From the NCBI GenBank assembly GCA_045132115.1, contig JBGURT010000111.1:1-42820 (forward strand): a stretch of DNA of 42,820 nt, written 5' to 3'. This document shows positions 8,401 to 20,400 of the stretch, piece by piece; positions within the stretch are counted from its first letter, which is position 1; each line of letters opens with the position of its first letter. The translations under genes and the position numbers were made by a program. The notes below the pieces were generated by a model. The model had not been told where the DNA came from. It ran no database searches and saw only the letters and a list, made by a program, of their open reading frames with translations. The stretch comes from Kiritimatiellia bacterium (GTDB lineage: Bacteria; Verrucomicrobiota; Kiritimatiellia; RFP12; UBA1067).

Positions 8401-11400
8401 GCCGATCTTGTAGAAGTAGTCGAGGCAATAGGTGTTGGCCGAATACGCATTGCGCGCGTCGAACTTCTTGCCGTCGACATCGAAGACTTCCGAGAGGAGG
8501 TATTCCGCATAGTTGGAGAGACCGTCGTTATCGTAGTCGTCCAGGCCATCGGAGCCCTTGATCATGTACCTGAGCGCAATCGCGTCGGAAATGCCGTCGT
8601 CGTCGGTATCGACCTGCCACGGATCGGTCGGATTGCTGCCGCGGTCGTATTCGTCGACCAGCGTAAGCTCGCCACCTACCGTCCTGGACTTGTCGCGAGC
8701 ATCCGCCGCGGTGATCCACGGCGAGATCTGCCAATCGGTCGTGGCCGTTCCTCTGGCCGCGCTTACGCCAGCCGGACCGAACATCGTGTAGAGTTCCCAG
8801 CCATCCGGGATGCCGTCGAGGTTGGTGTCGTTCGTTCCGGCCTTGAGAATGGCGGACGAAGCATCGGTCAGCCCGATCGCCGCGAAATACTTCTTCACGA
8901 GCGCCTTGTCAAGGTTGGTGAACTCCTTGGTGTTGACCGACGGATCCGCCACGGGATTGGCCGTGTTGGGATTGAATCCGTAGAGGTCGTAGACCTGGGC
9001 GTGCACAAACGCGATCGTGGCGTTATTCTCGACGCCGGTCACTCTCCACTTGGAGAGATCGCCGAACGCGGTCATATCGTCCGTACCGGCGCCCCAGACA
9101 AAGTCCGTATCGGTGCCGTATCTGTATACGGTCAGATACTTGCGCTCGACATCAAGCGTGTCGCCAGTTTCAAGGCCTTCGCCCGTCAACTCGGCCACAT
9201 AGCCGGTTTCTCCGGTCTCGTCATTTACCACCGTATACACATAGCCGCTCTGCTCGGCGTAAGCCATAACATCGCCAGCCACATACCTGCTAGCATCGGT
9301 CGGATCGGCAGGATCTGTACCCAAGTCAATTTCGTCGTCATCATTGATACCGTCATCGTCAGTATCGTCGTCGTTCGGATCGGCTCCATTATAGAAGTCT
9401 TCCTTGTAGTCATCATCCGTCGCCGCGGGATCGGAGTTGACAGAATACTTCACATAAAGCTCCCAGCCGTCCGGCAGGTCGTTGCCATTGGTATCGGTAT
9501 ACCAGCTCGTGAGATCGTATTCGGTTTCCGCACCAACGAGCGGCAGATACATCTTATCGGTGATATACTTGAGCCTCCTCGTGAACGCAACCGTATTGTT
9601 GCCGGCCGCGCTTGCCGCAACCTCGGAATCGTCTTCGCTGCCGGTGTCTTCGACAGCGGCTTCAATCGAATCGGGCACGAAGAATTTCGGCCTTGCCGTA
9701 GTCACGTCCCAACCGTACCAATCGTACACCGCCGAGTGGATGATCGTGGCCTCGGCCGTGATATAACTCTGGAACTCGCCCTGCGAGAGCGTTACCGTGG
9801 TGGGCACGCCAACGAAGAGTTCGTCGCCTACCATGAACGTCGTATAGAGATCTTGCGTCCCCGGTCTGACCGCGTAGGACGTCTTGGCGCCCGTTGTCTG
9901 GTCGGTGACGACCATAATCTGGACGTTGGTCTTCACATACGCGCACCAGTCTTCTTCGGTTACGCCGTTCCAGAACTCGTCAAGCTCCTCGACAGTCGCA
10001 CCGGCAATACCCATTGCCATCGCAAAAGCATTGTCGTATTCCGGAACTGCTTCAAGCGTTTCCGTGCCATACGCGCCCTCCGCAACCGCCTTCTTGTAGA
10101 GATAGTAGTCGTCGTACGGATCGTAGCCGCTCTTCACGGAATCCTGCGCCACCGCGTCGACGTAATCTATCGTCGCGTCAGCCTTCGAAGCCGCGTTCAC
10201 GTAGCGGATGTACAGCTCGTAGCCGTCCGCAACCTGATTGCCGTTCGAGTCCGTCACGTCCGCCCCAAGAGCCGCGTAGTCCGTTCCCGCACTCTCGTAG
10301 CTCGCAAGCGTGATCTTCTTCCAGATCATCGTGAACGGCACCGTGTTCGCTCCCTGGACGATCGTCGTCTCGGCGCCGTCCTCGCCCTCGGTCACCGTCG
10401 CGACGCCAGGCTTCGCCGTCGTCGGATCGAACCCGAAGAAGTCGTACACCGCAGAGTGGATCAACACCACGTCCGCCGCAACCCCTGTGTCATAAGCGTC
10501 TACCGTGTAGTCCTTCGTGCTCGAGCCTGTCACGATCAGCTGCCCGTTCACCTCCGTCGTCGTGTAGAGCACCTTGTTCGACGGATTGGCGACATACGTC
10601 ACGCCGCCGATGTCCACCGTGTGGAGTACGCCCTTCCAGTACGCCATAACGTCGTTCTCGGGCACCGCGAGCCAGTACGCCCTCAGCGTCTCTTCAGTGC
10701 CGTCCGCGTAGCCGCCGGCGACCGCCTCGGCGTTCTTGTACTCGGGCACCAGCGCAAGGTCGCCAACAAACAGACCCTCCGCAACCGCCTTCTTGTAGAG
10801 ATAGTAGTCGTCGTACGGATCGTAGGCAGCCTCGACGGTGTCGGCGAAACCTTGCTGAATGGTGGTCGTGTCGACCGGGAATGCCTTGGAAGTGTTGGCA
10901 GAGGCAAAGCCCATGTACAGCTCCCAGCCGTCGGGGAGTCCGTTGGCGTTGGAGTCGTAGAAGCCGGGCCTGTAAGTCGAAGCCGACCAAGTGCCGTTGG
11001 TATTCATCTCGACCTCGTTGGCAAGGCCGAACTCCTGGAGGTACTTCACGACGAGGTACTTGTCAAGCGCAGTGAACTCCTTGGTGTTCACGCCATACAC
11101 CGTATTCCCCTCGGACACAACGATTGCATTCGGATTGGCGGTGGTCGGGTCAAAGCCGAAGATATCGTAGACGCCACCATGAATCACGGTTACGGGGACT
11201 TCCTTCACGCTCGCAGCGACGATGCCTTCCGCGGGTGCACCCATTGCGAGCGCGCCGTTGTACATGAAGGTAGTGTAGTACTTGCCGGTTTCGCCGGGCT
11301 TGATGACATATTGCTTACCTTCAGCGGTCACGGCAACACTGAGGTTCGTGACGACATACGCCATCACGTCGCGCTCGCCAACATAGTCGGCGTCCCTGGT

Positions 11401-14400
11401 GAGCGGGTCGGTCTGGGCGAACTTGATTTCCCATCCGTCTGGCATGCCGTCGCCGTCGGAATCCCAGTTGTCGGCAATGGTGCCAAGCTCCGTTTCCTCG
11501 GCGTCCTTGAGACCATCGAGATCGGTGTCCTTGTCGGCGGCAGCGGCAGAGCCGGACTGCGTAGCGAAACAATCGAGTTCAAGGATGTCGGGGATTTCGT
11601 TCTGATTATAATCCGTATCCTCGATGAAGATCGCTATGGAGTTCGTCACGCTGAGGCTGTCGGGGACCTCCACCGCGCGCGGCGTATAGAGGAAGTCGGT
11701 CGCACGACCAATATTGTTGCCGTAACCCCAGGATTCCCAAGGCTCGAGCGTTCCATTGTTGTTGGAGTCGATAAACGCACGGAGGAACACCTTGCCAGCC
11801 TCGATACCGGCAATGGCAACATTGTTCGTTTCAATGCTGGACCTGACCTTGAGGTCTTCAACGGTCGAATCCATGCGGACACGAGCAAGCGGAAGTCCGG
11901 TGAAGTCTGCCGTGGCGAAGGCTTCAACAATGATGTTCGTCGGGTCGGCGATGCCAACCTCTCCGGGCCCGAAGTACCTGACGACTGCCGCCGCCTTGCC
12001 GTAACCCGTGGTAGTCTTGGGATGCGTGAGCGCATTCTCGACATCGATCGTGAACTCGCACCAATCGCTCCATGCAGAGTCGTCGATCGAAGCCCACTTC
12101 GCGTTCAAGAGCGCAACACGCCAATAGTAATTCGCGCCGTTCTTGAGAATTGTCGCGCCATTCGTCGGATTGGCGAAGCCTACATAGACGTCCGGCTGCA
12201 CGGCGAACGCCGACGGATCGCCGAGCGAAGCAGGCGTACGGCCAGGCAACATCTCGACCGGCGATTCCCAGACGGTATCAGATTCGTTCTTGCTGGTCGA
12301 AATCTGCAGCTTGTACGCCGTCATCGTCTGGTCTTCGGTGTTGAAGACGAACGTCGGGTGCGCCGAGTAGACGGGCGCGGTGTCAAGCGGAGATATCTGC
12401 TTGGCTATGGCGCGTGTCTGGTAGAACTCGCGGGTGAACGTATCCTTCACCTCGTCGTTCACGACTATCTCGTATGTCGCGGAGATGATCTCGTTCGTCG
12501 CGAGCCCCATCTTGACTGCATCCTTGACGAGCCATGCGAGGTCCAGATCGTATGCCGCCCCCGGGATGGCATCGGCCTCGGTGATGTAGGCGCGGTCGTC
12601 ATTCACGACCGTCTTCTTCATCACGATCCTGAGCGTGGACTTCTGGCCATTGATCTCCGTGCGGCGGACGACAACATCTGTCGTAAGTCCTTCCTCGACG
12701 GTCGCGGCATCAGTATTCTCCTCGTTGCCCGCACCTTCGTCACCGCTTGCGGTCGCGATGCGTTTGAAGACAGGCGAATCGTCCGTAAGTTCGATCACGA
12801 CGGGCTTGCCGGTCTTGTGCCAGCCGACTTCAACATCGCGCACATATCCGTAGGGTTCGCCGATGTCATAAGCGCCGTTTTCGTTAAGGTCTATAAACGC
12901 TTCTATAGTATTCTTGCCCTGACGCAAGAAACCGGAACCGCCGGCTACAGAAGCGTCGGAGAGCCAAAGCGTCTTAGGCCACCTGTCGGCAACATGATAA
13001 TAATATGTCGCGCGGATAACGTGATGGTCTAGATCCACTCCGGCATCAGTGATCGCGCCAAAGTCAAGTTCATATTCGCCGGTCGTGAAATCTATCTGAC
13101 CGACGACGGTCGCCGTCAAGTTTGAGGACGACAGATGAATCAACCCGTAATGGCCGTCGGCATCGCTCGACGTTTGCGCGAATATATCGTAAGTCTGCGA
13201 TACGGACACCACCTTTTCGGCCTCAATACCGTGCGCCGCCACATGCGCAAGATACTGCGAATATGTTCCTATGAATCTGAATCCGCCAGAAACCAACCTT
13301 TCAACAAAACTTTCATCGCCTACATGATTAGACAGTGCGCAATCCCAAATATATCGCGGCTCAGCATCAATGCGACGAGACTGGAACTTGATATCGCTAC
13401 CGGGAATGATATGGCCAGGATGCAGAATCCCGTGCGCCGTTGCTCCATTGACAAACGTGCCGAGCATGTGTGTCGCCTGCATGTCATCGTCGCTATTGGA
13501 TCCCTTGACAACAAATGTCGCGTCAACACGCTTCTTGTTCGCCGTGCTCGTTCTGACGACGAGAGAGGCGCCATTGATATCCTGCACGCCATAATACGTC
13601 GCCCTTACGCCGATTGCGGGCATAGGATGCGCCTCGTAATGATTGCTGCCGGTGCCGGCGTAATAGCCGTCGACAGCACTCGCGTTCATCCCGCCGTGCC
13701 AAGCGTAGGAGCGCGCTTCGGCGAAGTTGTCCCAGCTGTCTCCGTCCGTATCAAGGTGTGGATCGTACACATTCGGATTCGCATACGAGAGACCATACAA
13801 CACTTCCCACCAGGACTCCATGGAGTCATGGTCGCCAACCATCTCGCCAAGATACTCGGACTCGCGAACATGCTCTGCGTCAACAGCGGAAGACACAGGC
13901 GGCGCAAGGAAGTAATCCACTACAGCATCGCCCTTGGACCGCGCCTTGAGCGGATCGAATGCATAATCAACAACGCTGCGCAGATAGTAGCCATAAGGAG
14001 ACGGTCCGTAGCTGATCAACCATTCCTGATAATTCGTGAGGCCGTCATGGTCGGGGTCGTCGGTTGGCGCACAATCCTCCACGCCATAATATCTCTCCCA
14101 CCAATCGGGTATGCCATTCAGGTTGGCATCGACAGTAGAGACGTATGCCGGATTCGTAGTTCCGTCTGGCATCAAGCCCATCGAAAGCCAGAACGCATAC
14201 TTCTCGGGATCGCTGTAGTCTGGTCTCGCCCAATCAGGGGTGCCTGTATCTCCAGCGTCTCCGTCGAGCGCACCATCCTTCGTCGTAATCGCCCAGGCGT
14301 CTTCCGGACCTTGTCCATCCCAGTAATCGGCTTGGCGCTTGGCGAACGCCGAGCCGACGGGGACGAGATCGGAGTTTTCCCTGAACGAACGCAGATACCT

Positions 14401-17400
14401 GTACATGAACCTGGTGAAGACGGTATCGTTGGTAAGCGTGCTCGTCAAACCGGCCGTGGTTGCGTTTATGGCCGCATTCGTCTGGTTGTTGATCCTTGCG
14501 AACTTGTTCCACAGGTACTCGTCCTCGTAACTCCAAGTGCCCGACTGTCCCGCGTATGTCACATTGCCATAAGGATCCATCGTATTGTTGAACGCATACT
14601 GGTCTATACCATAGTGGTCGGTTGCCGGGGTGTAGCCGGCATAGTTCTCGCTCCAGTAGACACTGTCCTTGACCGTGCCGTCGAGACGCGGCAGGTGCGC
14701 CATCGTATCTTCAATCCACGGCACCACATGGCGAGAATTATACACCTCCGAAGCAAGCGGGGAGTCAGCAAGTTTCGCCCACCAGCCAATCTCCACGAGA
14801 TCGTCTACCGTTTCGCCGGTATCGGGACGGCGAACGACCGCGAGCACGTTCGCCGCGAATCCCGCCGGGACCTTCTGGACGTAAGCGGCATCCGTCGCGC
14901 CGGGAAGGGTCGTGAAATCATAGTGGTGCAGAAGTTCCGCCGGCAAAATCCTGCTCGCCGTCTGGTCGTTGCGGCGCGCGCCATTGTAGTAAGCTTCAAA
15001 CACCTCGAGGCGCTGGGCGGCGGCAAACTCGGGGGTAAAGCGGGTCTTGTAGGTGCTTTCCACTTGCGAAGCGGTTCTCGCGCCATCCCAAATGCGCACT
15101 TCGGCGACGCTACCCTTCAGGAAGTCCGTCGCAAGCTCCGCGATTTCCTCCTGGCCGGGATTCGAGCCCGCGTAGAAAATGTCCTTATCGGTAGGACGGC
15201 CGCCGATTACCGTGGCCGCGTACATCGCCTTGTACTCGGCCGCTTCGCCCATCAAGTGTTGCGGATCGAGTTTGATATCCTCCACGCCATTCGCGGGGAT
15301 GAGCGTAGTCTCCGTCGAGGAGCACTTAACACCATTGACATATATGGTCAATGTGGTGCCGTCGAAGGTGGCGGCAATATGCGCCCACTTGTTATCCACA
15401 AGTTCAGTGCCCTCGACACGGCAGAACACCTCGGTGGAATCCTGCATCTCGCCGAACGCCCTGCCCTCGGCATCGATGCCGATCGCAAAATTGAGCCGGA
15501 CTACATTATTCGAATTGATGAGATCCCAGCCCTGATAGTTGACGGCGCGGGTGACGACATACTTGTCGCCTGCGGCGGAGGCGTTCTCCGGGCGCACCCA
15601 GGCTTCTACCGTGAACTGTTTGAAGAGATCAATGCCGTGCGCGTGGCGCTTGTTAGGCGTCACGGTCATGGCCAAGCCGGGCTTCTCCGGACCGCCAAAC
15701 CAGATCGACTGGCGGCGCGAGGGATCGGCGAAGTTCTGCGGGTCGCTCGTGCCTTCCACCCCTTCTACCCCGCCAGACTGTTCAATCGAGTCGCTCCTCC
15801 AGTCGTTATCGGTATCGTAGCCTTCGTTCTCTTCGAACGATGCAATATAATCGTAGGCACCACTACCCCAGCCTCCGTCGGAGGCGTACATGTTAACCGG
15901 GAAGCTGGTAGCAATTCGTTCACCGTTTACATAATGGGATTTGGAATTCGCCGAAATGTCGTTCCCGTAGTAGAGCGCGGTGTAGGAGGGCTTGGTCACG
16001 AATTCAACACGGTCTTCGTCGTAGTTGACCACCTTGTTTGTGACCGTGAACCAAGTTGCACCGTCATCATTGGAGTCCCAAACCGGTTCGCCATCTTCAT
16101 CCACTTCCTCTTCGCTCGTGTAGATGTATTCACTGATGGTATCCACGGTGGAATCCGTCATCCAGAGCGGGGTCGGGTCGGTATGGGTCGCGCCGGGCGA
16201 AGTGACGTTCGCGAGCAGACACTCCTCGTAGTTCCTTATTCCGTCACCATCGGCATCGCACGCGGCCACGCCCATCATCCACGGGAACTTGATCGGGTCA
16301 TAGCCAGGTTCGGCACTATCGTCCCAGCCCGTCCACGCATTATTCCATGGTGTAACCAATCTACACGCCCTGCCGATGACATCCTTGGAGCTCACAGTAC
16401 CAGAGCTCATCGAGACTTCGCCAAGAATCGGGTTGAGGCCATGGAAAAGTTCGTAGTAGTCGTCCATGCCGTCGTCGTCAGTATCCCACAACCTCGGGTC
16501 GGTTCCGTAATAGAGCGGGACACCGCCGACCTTGGATGTTTCATGGTTGAGGCTCGAAAGGCGTTTTTCGACATGATCAACATCCGTCGACACCCTGGTG
16601 AGCTTTTTACTTTTGCCATCAATCATAGCGGAGTATCCGCCAGAGGACGTCTCTTTTACGGTGCCGGAAACGTTATTGGTGAACAGTCCTCCGCCGGGGT
16701 AACTGAATATGGCATTGCCATCTTCATCTGTTGCCCACTCATGGGAGGTATACGAATAAGTATATCTGGTGTACACCTGAACCGCCTCGCGCGGCAGCAT
16801 GTACTTGTTGTCGTAGTCGATGCGAGCGTGGTCCCAAGTCTTGGGCGGATCGGCGAAATAGCCAAGTTGTCCTAGGTAGTCGACGCCATTGTCGATGCAT
16901 TCGAGCGCCCAGTCGGCAAAGTTCTTGTAGCCGAGTTCATCCCTCACGTATTCAAGCTGGGCCTTGGTGTAGGGCCAGGTATAGCTCATCTTGAGGAAGC
17001 GGTTGTTGCCGTCTTCGCCTTCTGCGCACCAAGCGCCAGGCGTGACGGTATAACGAGGCAACGTAATCGTGCCGCTGCCGCTGCCGCTACCACCGATAAG
17101 GCTCACGAGCGGGCTGTCGCTGCCGATCAGCGGGGTCTTGTCGTCGTCGTAGCGGAACTGGCGCATGGCCTGCACCATGTATTCCTGCCAGTTCTGCAAT
17201 CCGTCGCCATCCCAGTCGACATCTTCTGCGCCGATGTAAGTGCCGGAGTGGGCGTCGGCAACAGTGCCGTCCATACCCATCATCACATGGTACACCCCTT
17301 CCCAATCATCGAGATTGCTTCCCATGACGGCTGTAATCTCGGCACGGATGTCGTCATAAAACGTTTCATTCGGCACCGACACTTCGAAGACGCGATAGGT

Positions 17401-20400
17401 ACCGTCGTATTCTTCATTTTCAAAATCCCCGTCCATCGGGATCTCGGCACCGCGGAAGAGCAAGCCGGCGAACTGGCGTTCCCACGGGTCGGGCAGACCG
17501 TCGAGGTCGGTATCGATCGTGCAGGGGTTGTAGCCGCCACCCCTGATGCAACGCGAACTATAGTTGGTGGGATTGCCGTAGATGGAGTAGTGCTTGACCG
17601 AGGCGGTTCTCAGCTGGGTTGATCCCCAGCGGTTGAATGTATAAACGCCATTCCATGCAGCACCTTCGAGGCCGTCCTTGATAAGGTCGCCGTCGGTATC
17701 GGGATTGCGCGGGTCGGTCGGGAAGAACTTGTTGAACCAGCCCCTGATCATGCTGCCCTTATTGCCTGGGAAATTCGCGTAAATTGAGGGGCAAGCTTCA
17801 TAATCGCCGCAAGTATCGTTACCCGCGTATTCGCCCACGAGCGTAAGTCCGTCTTCGTAATCTGCATTTTCGCCAATCGCCGGCCAAATGCCGTTGCCGT
17901 CCCAATAGCGCACGTCACGGCCGTCGCCACGGATCGTGAAGTCAATGTTCGGGTTCACGCCAATGTAGAGTTCCCAGCCGTCCGGCACGCCATCGCCATC
18001 GGTATCGGCACCATGCTGACGCTGTGCGAAAACGGTAGTGTCAGATCCCCATTTCAAATCTGCAAACGCGGCGTTCGGATTGGTGGTGCCGCCCTGGACA
18101 ATACCATAGATTGTGATCTTGTTGTCCTTGAGTTTCTGCTTATCATCCTTGATATCCCTCACTCCGGTGATATAGCGGTACTTGAGGAGCAGATATTCGT
18201 CGAGGGCCGTGAATTGGGCGGTATTCTGCGGCAAACCGGCTCTGTATATACCCTGACCAATCCAGCGACCGGTCGAACTGAGCGTGCCGTTTTCGCCAAC
18301 GTACCAACCGGTGCGGGGATCGAAACCAAAGTAGTTGTGCACCTGATGGTGGTAGAGCGAGACGGTGTTGGTCGCGATTCCGCTCGCCACGACCGCATCA
18401 AACTCTCTGGCGGCAACATTGCCGCTGCGGTTAATGAAGTCGGCAGTATCCTCGGTAGGCAATATCCAGCCATCCTTGAACTTGAACACCTGGAAGCCAT
18501 CGCCAGCCACTTTCACTGTATTGGTCGTGGGATCGATCCAAGCAGCCTCCACAAAGGTCGCCTCCTCGCTGTTCGAGAGCATCCAGTACGTTCCGTCGCT
18601 CGCTTCGTATACATACGTGTACGGCGCGAAGTCGGGCAGCTTGAGATTCTCCGGGTCGGCAAAAGAACCGTCGGCCTTATGCGAATCGTGCACAAACGCC
18701 ATGAAGTCGCCGTCAAGATTCATAGCACCGTTTTGGTACTGGCCGCCCGAAAGCGGATTTACGTTGTAGATTACCTCATAGAGATCGCTCAAGCCGTCAC
18801 CATCCGAATCCCAATGCACCGGGCTCGTGCCGATAAGGAACTCCTCGAGGTCGTAGATGCCGTCGTTATCGGTATCCTGATGGGTCCAGGTGCGGTTGAT
18901 ATTCGGGTTGTAGATGCCCGCAATGGTTTCGGGCGTGATAATGTCCTCGCGGCTTTCGATGTCATCCAAATTGAACTTGTAGCCGGTGAGACGGTTTTTG
19001 CCTTCCGTACCCACCACGGCGTCGTACCAGATGAAGTATTCGTAGCCGTCGGGCATGCCGTCGCCATCGGTATCGTCGATCATCGGGTCGGTGCGGTTTT
19101 CGCACGTCCAGCCCCAGGTTCCGGCTTCTGCATAGTGGCGCCATGTAAGGTCGATAAAGTGCTTGGCGGCCTGCTGCTGCCGGCCTGTGAGACCTGCTAC
19201 GAGCAAATTCCCATCAAGCCATTCGCCAAAGTTGATATCGTCGAGCGTGATGGTGTCGGCCGGGTTCATGTCGCCGAGTTCCGTGATCGCATGGGTCACA
19301 GTATTGCTCTTCGAATAGAGCGACGACGCACCCCTGAGGATATTTGTGACGAAGGCGCCTTCAGGCGTACCATCATCATAATGCACAATCCACCGGTTAA
19401 CCGTGATGCCAGGGTAGTTTTCATCCTCTACGTCACACTCCCAATGCGCGTCCTGATCGTACACGTAGCACGTTTGAATCACAGGGTTCATGGCAGTAGA
19501 GCCGCTACGGATTACCGAGGCGAGGATATTCGTGACCGCAATCCAGTCAGTGCCGTCGTATGTGCCTGCACGACCTGTGTAGCGACGATTCAAGATATTG
19601 TCGCGAGTCTCAAGGACGAGGCGCATCAAAGAGCGCTTTTCGTTATCGGTAAGCGAGAGAGTGGAAATCCATCCCGCCTCGCTCTCGCTCCTCGCCATGG
19701 CTCCGGTATGGTACGCGCGGAACATGCCATAGTTCAGACCGTCGCCGAGACCGCGGATTTCCCTGAAGGCGGTAAAGGCCTGACCGGCCGTCGCCCAACT
19801 GTTGGAGGAGCCGGGCACGATCGTCGAACGCCCAAGTTGCGAAGTGGAGGGCAGGAAGTCATTGTCGTCGTTTCTGGCGTTTACCGCGCCAAGTTCGCCG
19901 CCCGCGCCGTCGGTCTTGGCGAGCGTCGCATTGTTCGCATAAGTCTTGATTGCAAAGATATCCGGAATACCGTCGTGATCGATATCGCCCATATTGTCGA
20001 ACTGGTCATATTCGGCCGAGAATATGGCCTCGATAAAGGTGGGCACATAACCGTTGCCGTCATCGGTCTTTGCCGTAGGCAGAATGAAGTCTGCCACTTC
20101 CGCGGTGTTGGTACCGATTACCGGCGCGACGCGGATAGAATAGTCCGATCCGCCCGGTTCGGAAGCACTTATCCAGCCGTAGAAGAAGCTGTCGTACATG
20201 GACTTGTATTCGTACGGATCGCTAATCACGGTCGTGGAAGATTCCCTGCTGCCGGATTTGTCTATCGCCCAGTCTCTCTTGCGGTCAAGGTTTCCATCGT
20301 CCTTGGCGCCAGACTGATACCCGAACGCATAGAGGCTGACGGAATTGAGCGTGCCGCAGTTCCAGGTGATATTGAAGCTTTCGGCCGACGCCGGCAACAC

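Larger units (their letters stand above)
8560..11370 (-). repeat. Four tandem ~226-239-aa coding modules (units start at about 11370, 10653, 9951 and 9272)
   Basis: Each unit contains D(V/W)(M/C)AY and then a (V/L/I/F)(I/V)H..VYD.(F/Y)G(F/W)(D/N)P.TA.P motif. The four instances of that motif are VIHGGVYDIFGFDP at 11147-11187, LIHSAVYDFFGFDP at about 10423-10465, IIHSAVYDWYGWD at 9715-9753 and FVHAQVYDLYGFNP at 8968-9010. After it come FT..(D)K..V.KY and D.N.(N/D)G.(P/A)DG(W/Y)ELY. A fifth, diverged copy (LYHHQVHNYFGFDP) lies at 18304-18357. Confidence 0.75.

Noticed and set aside
8560-11370. Periodic repeats that could be mistaken for a CRISPR array or a diversity-generating retroelement target.
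   Set aside because: The period is about 700 nt and the repeats lie inside one continuous reading frame, so they are protein modules. There are no short repeat-spacer units and no cas or reverse-transcriptase gene. The 51-nt repeat pair is identical and shows no adenine-specific mismatches.
11605-11610. A TATAAT hexamer on the minus strand inside the giant gene, considered as a possible internal promoter.
   Set aside because: The hexamer 17 nt upstream is CGATCT, which does not resemble a -35. The region is not AT-rich like the three accepted promoters and is fully coding (IEDTDYNQNE).
7738-13032. A 1,764-aa plus-strand ORF, along with similar plus-strand ORFs at 13135-16875, 18013-20871, 4981-7335, 33422-36319, 1474-3360, 38646-40643, 27366-30017 and 30087-31484.
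   Set aside because: Each lies entirely antisense to a minus-strand gene that has clear family signatures or a signal peptide and SD. Their translations are R/G/V/D/H/A-rich with no motifs and no SD or promoter context. Long stop-free antisense frames are expected in GC-rich coding DNA.
17071-17088. A (gccgct)x3 microsatellite, considered as a possible slipped-strand phase-variation tract.
   Set aside because: It has only three units, and the unit length of 6 keeps the reading frame. It simply encodes a GSGSGSG linker and is too short to argue for a switch.
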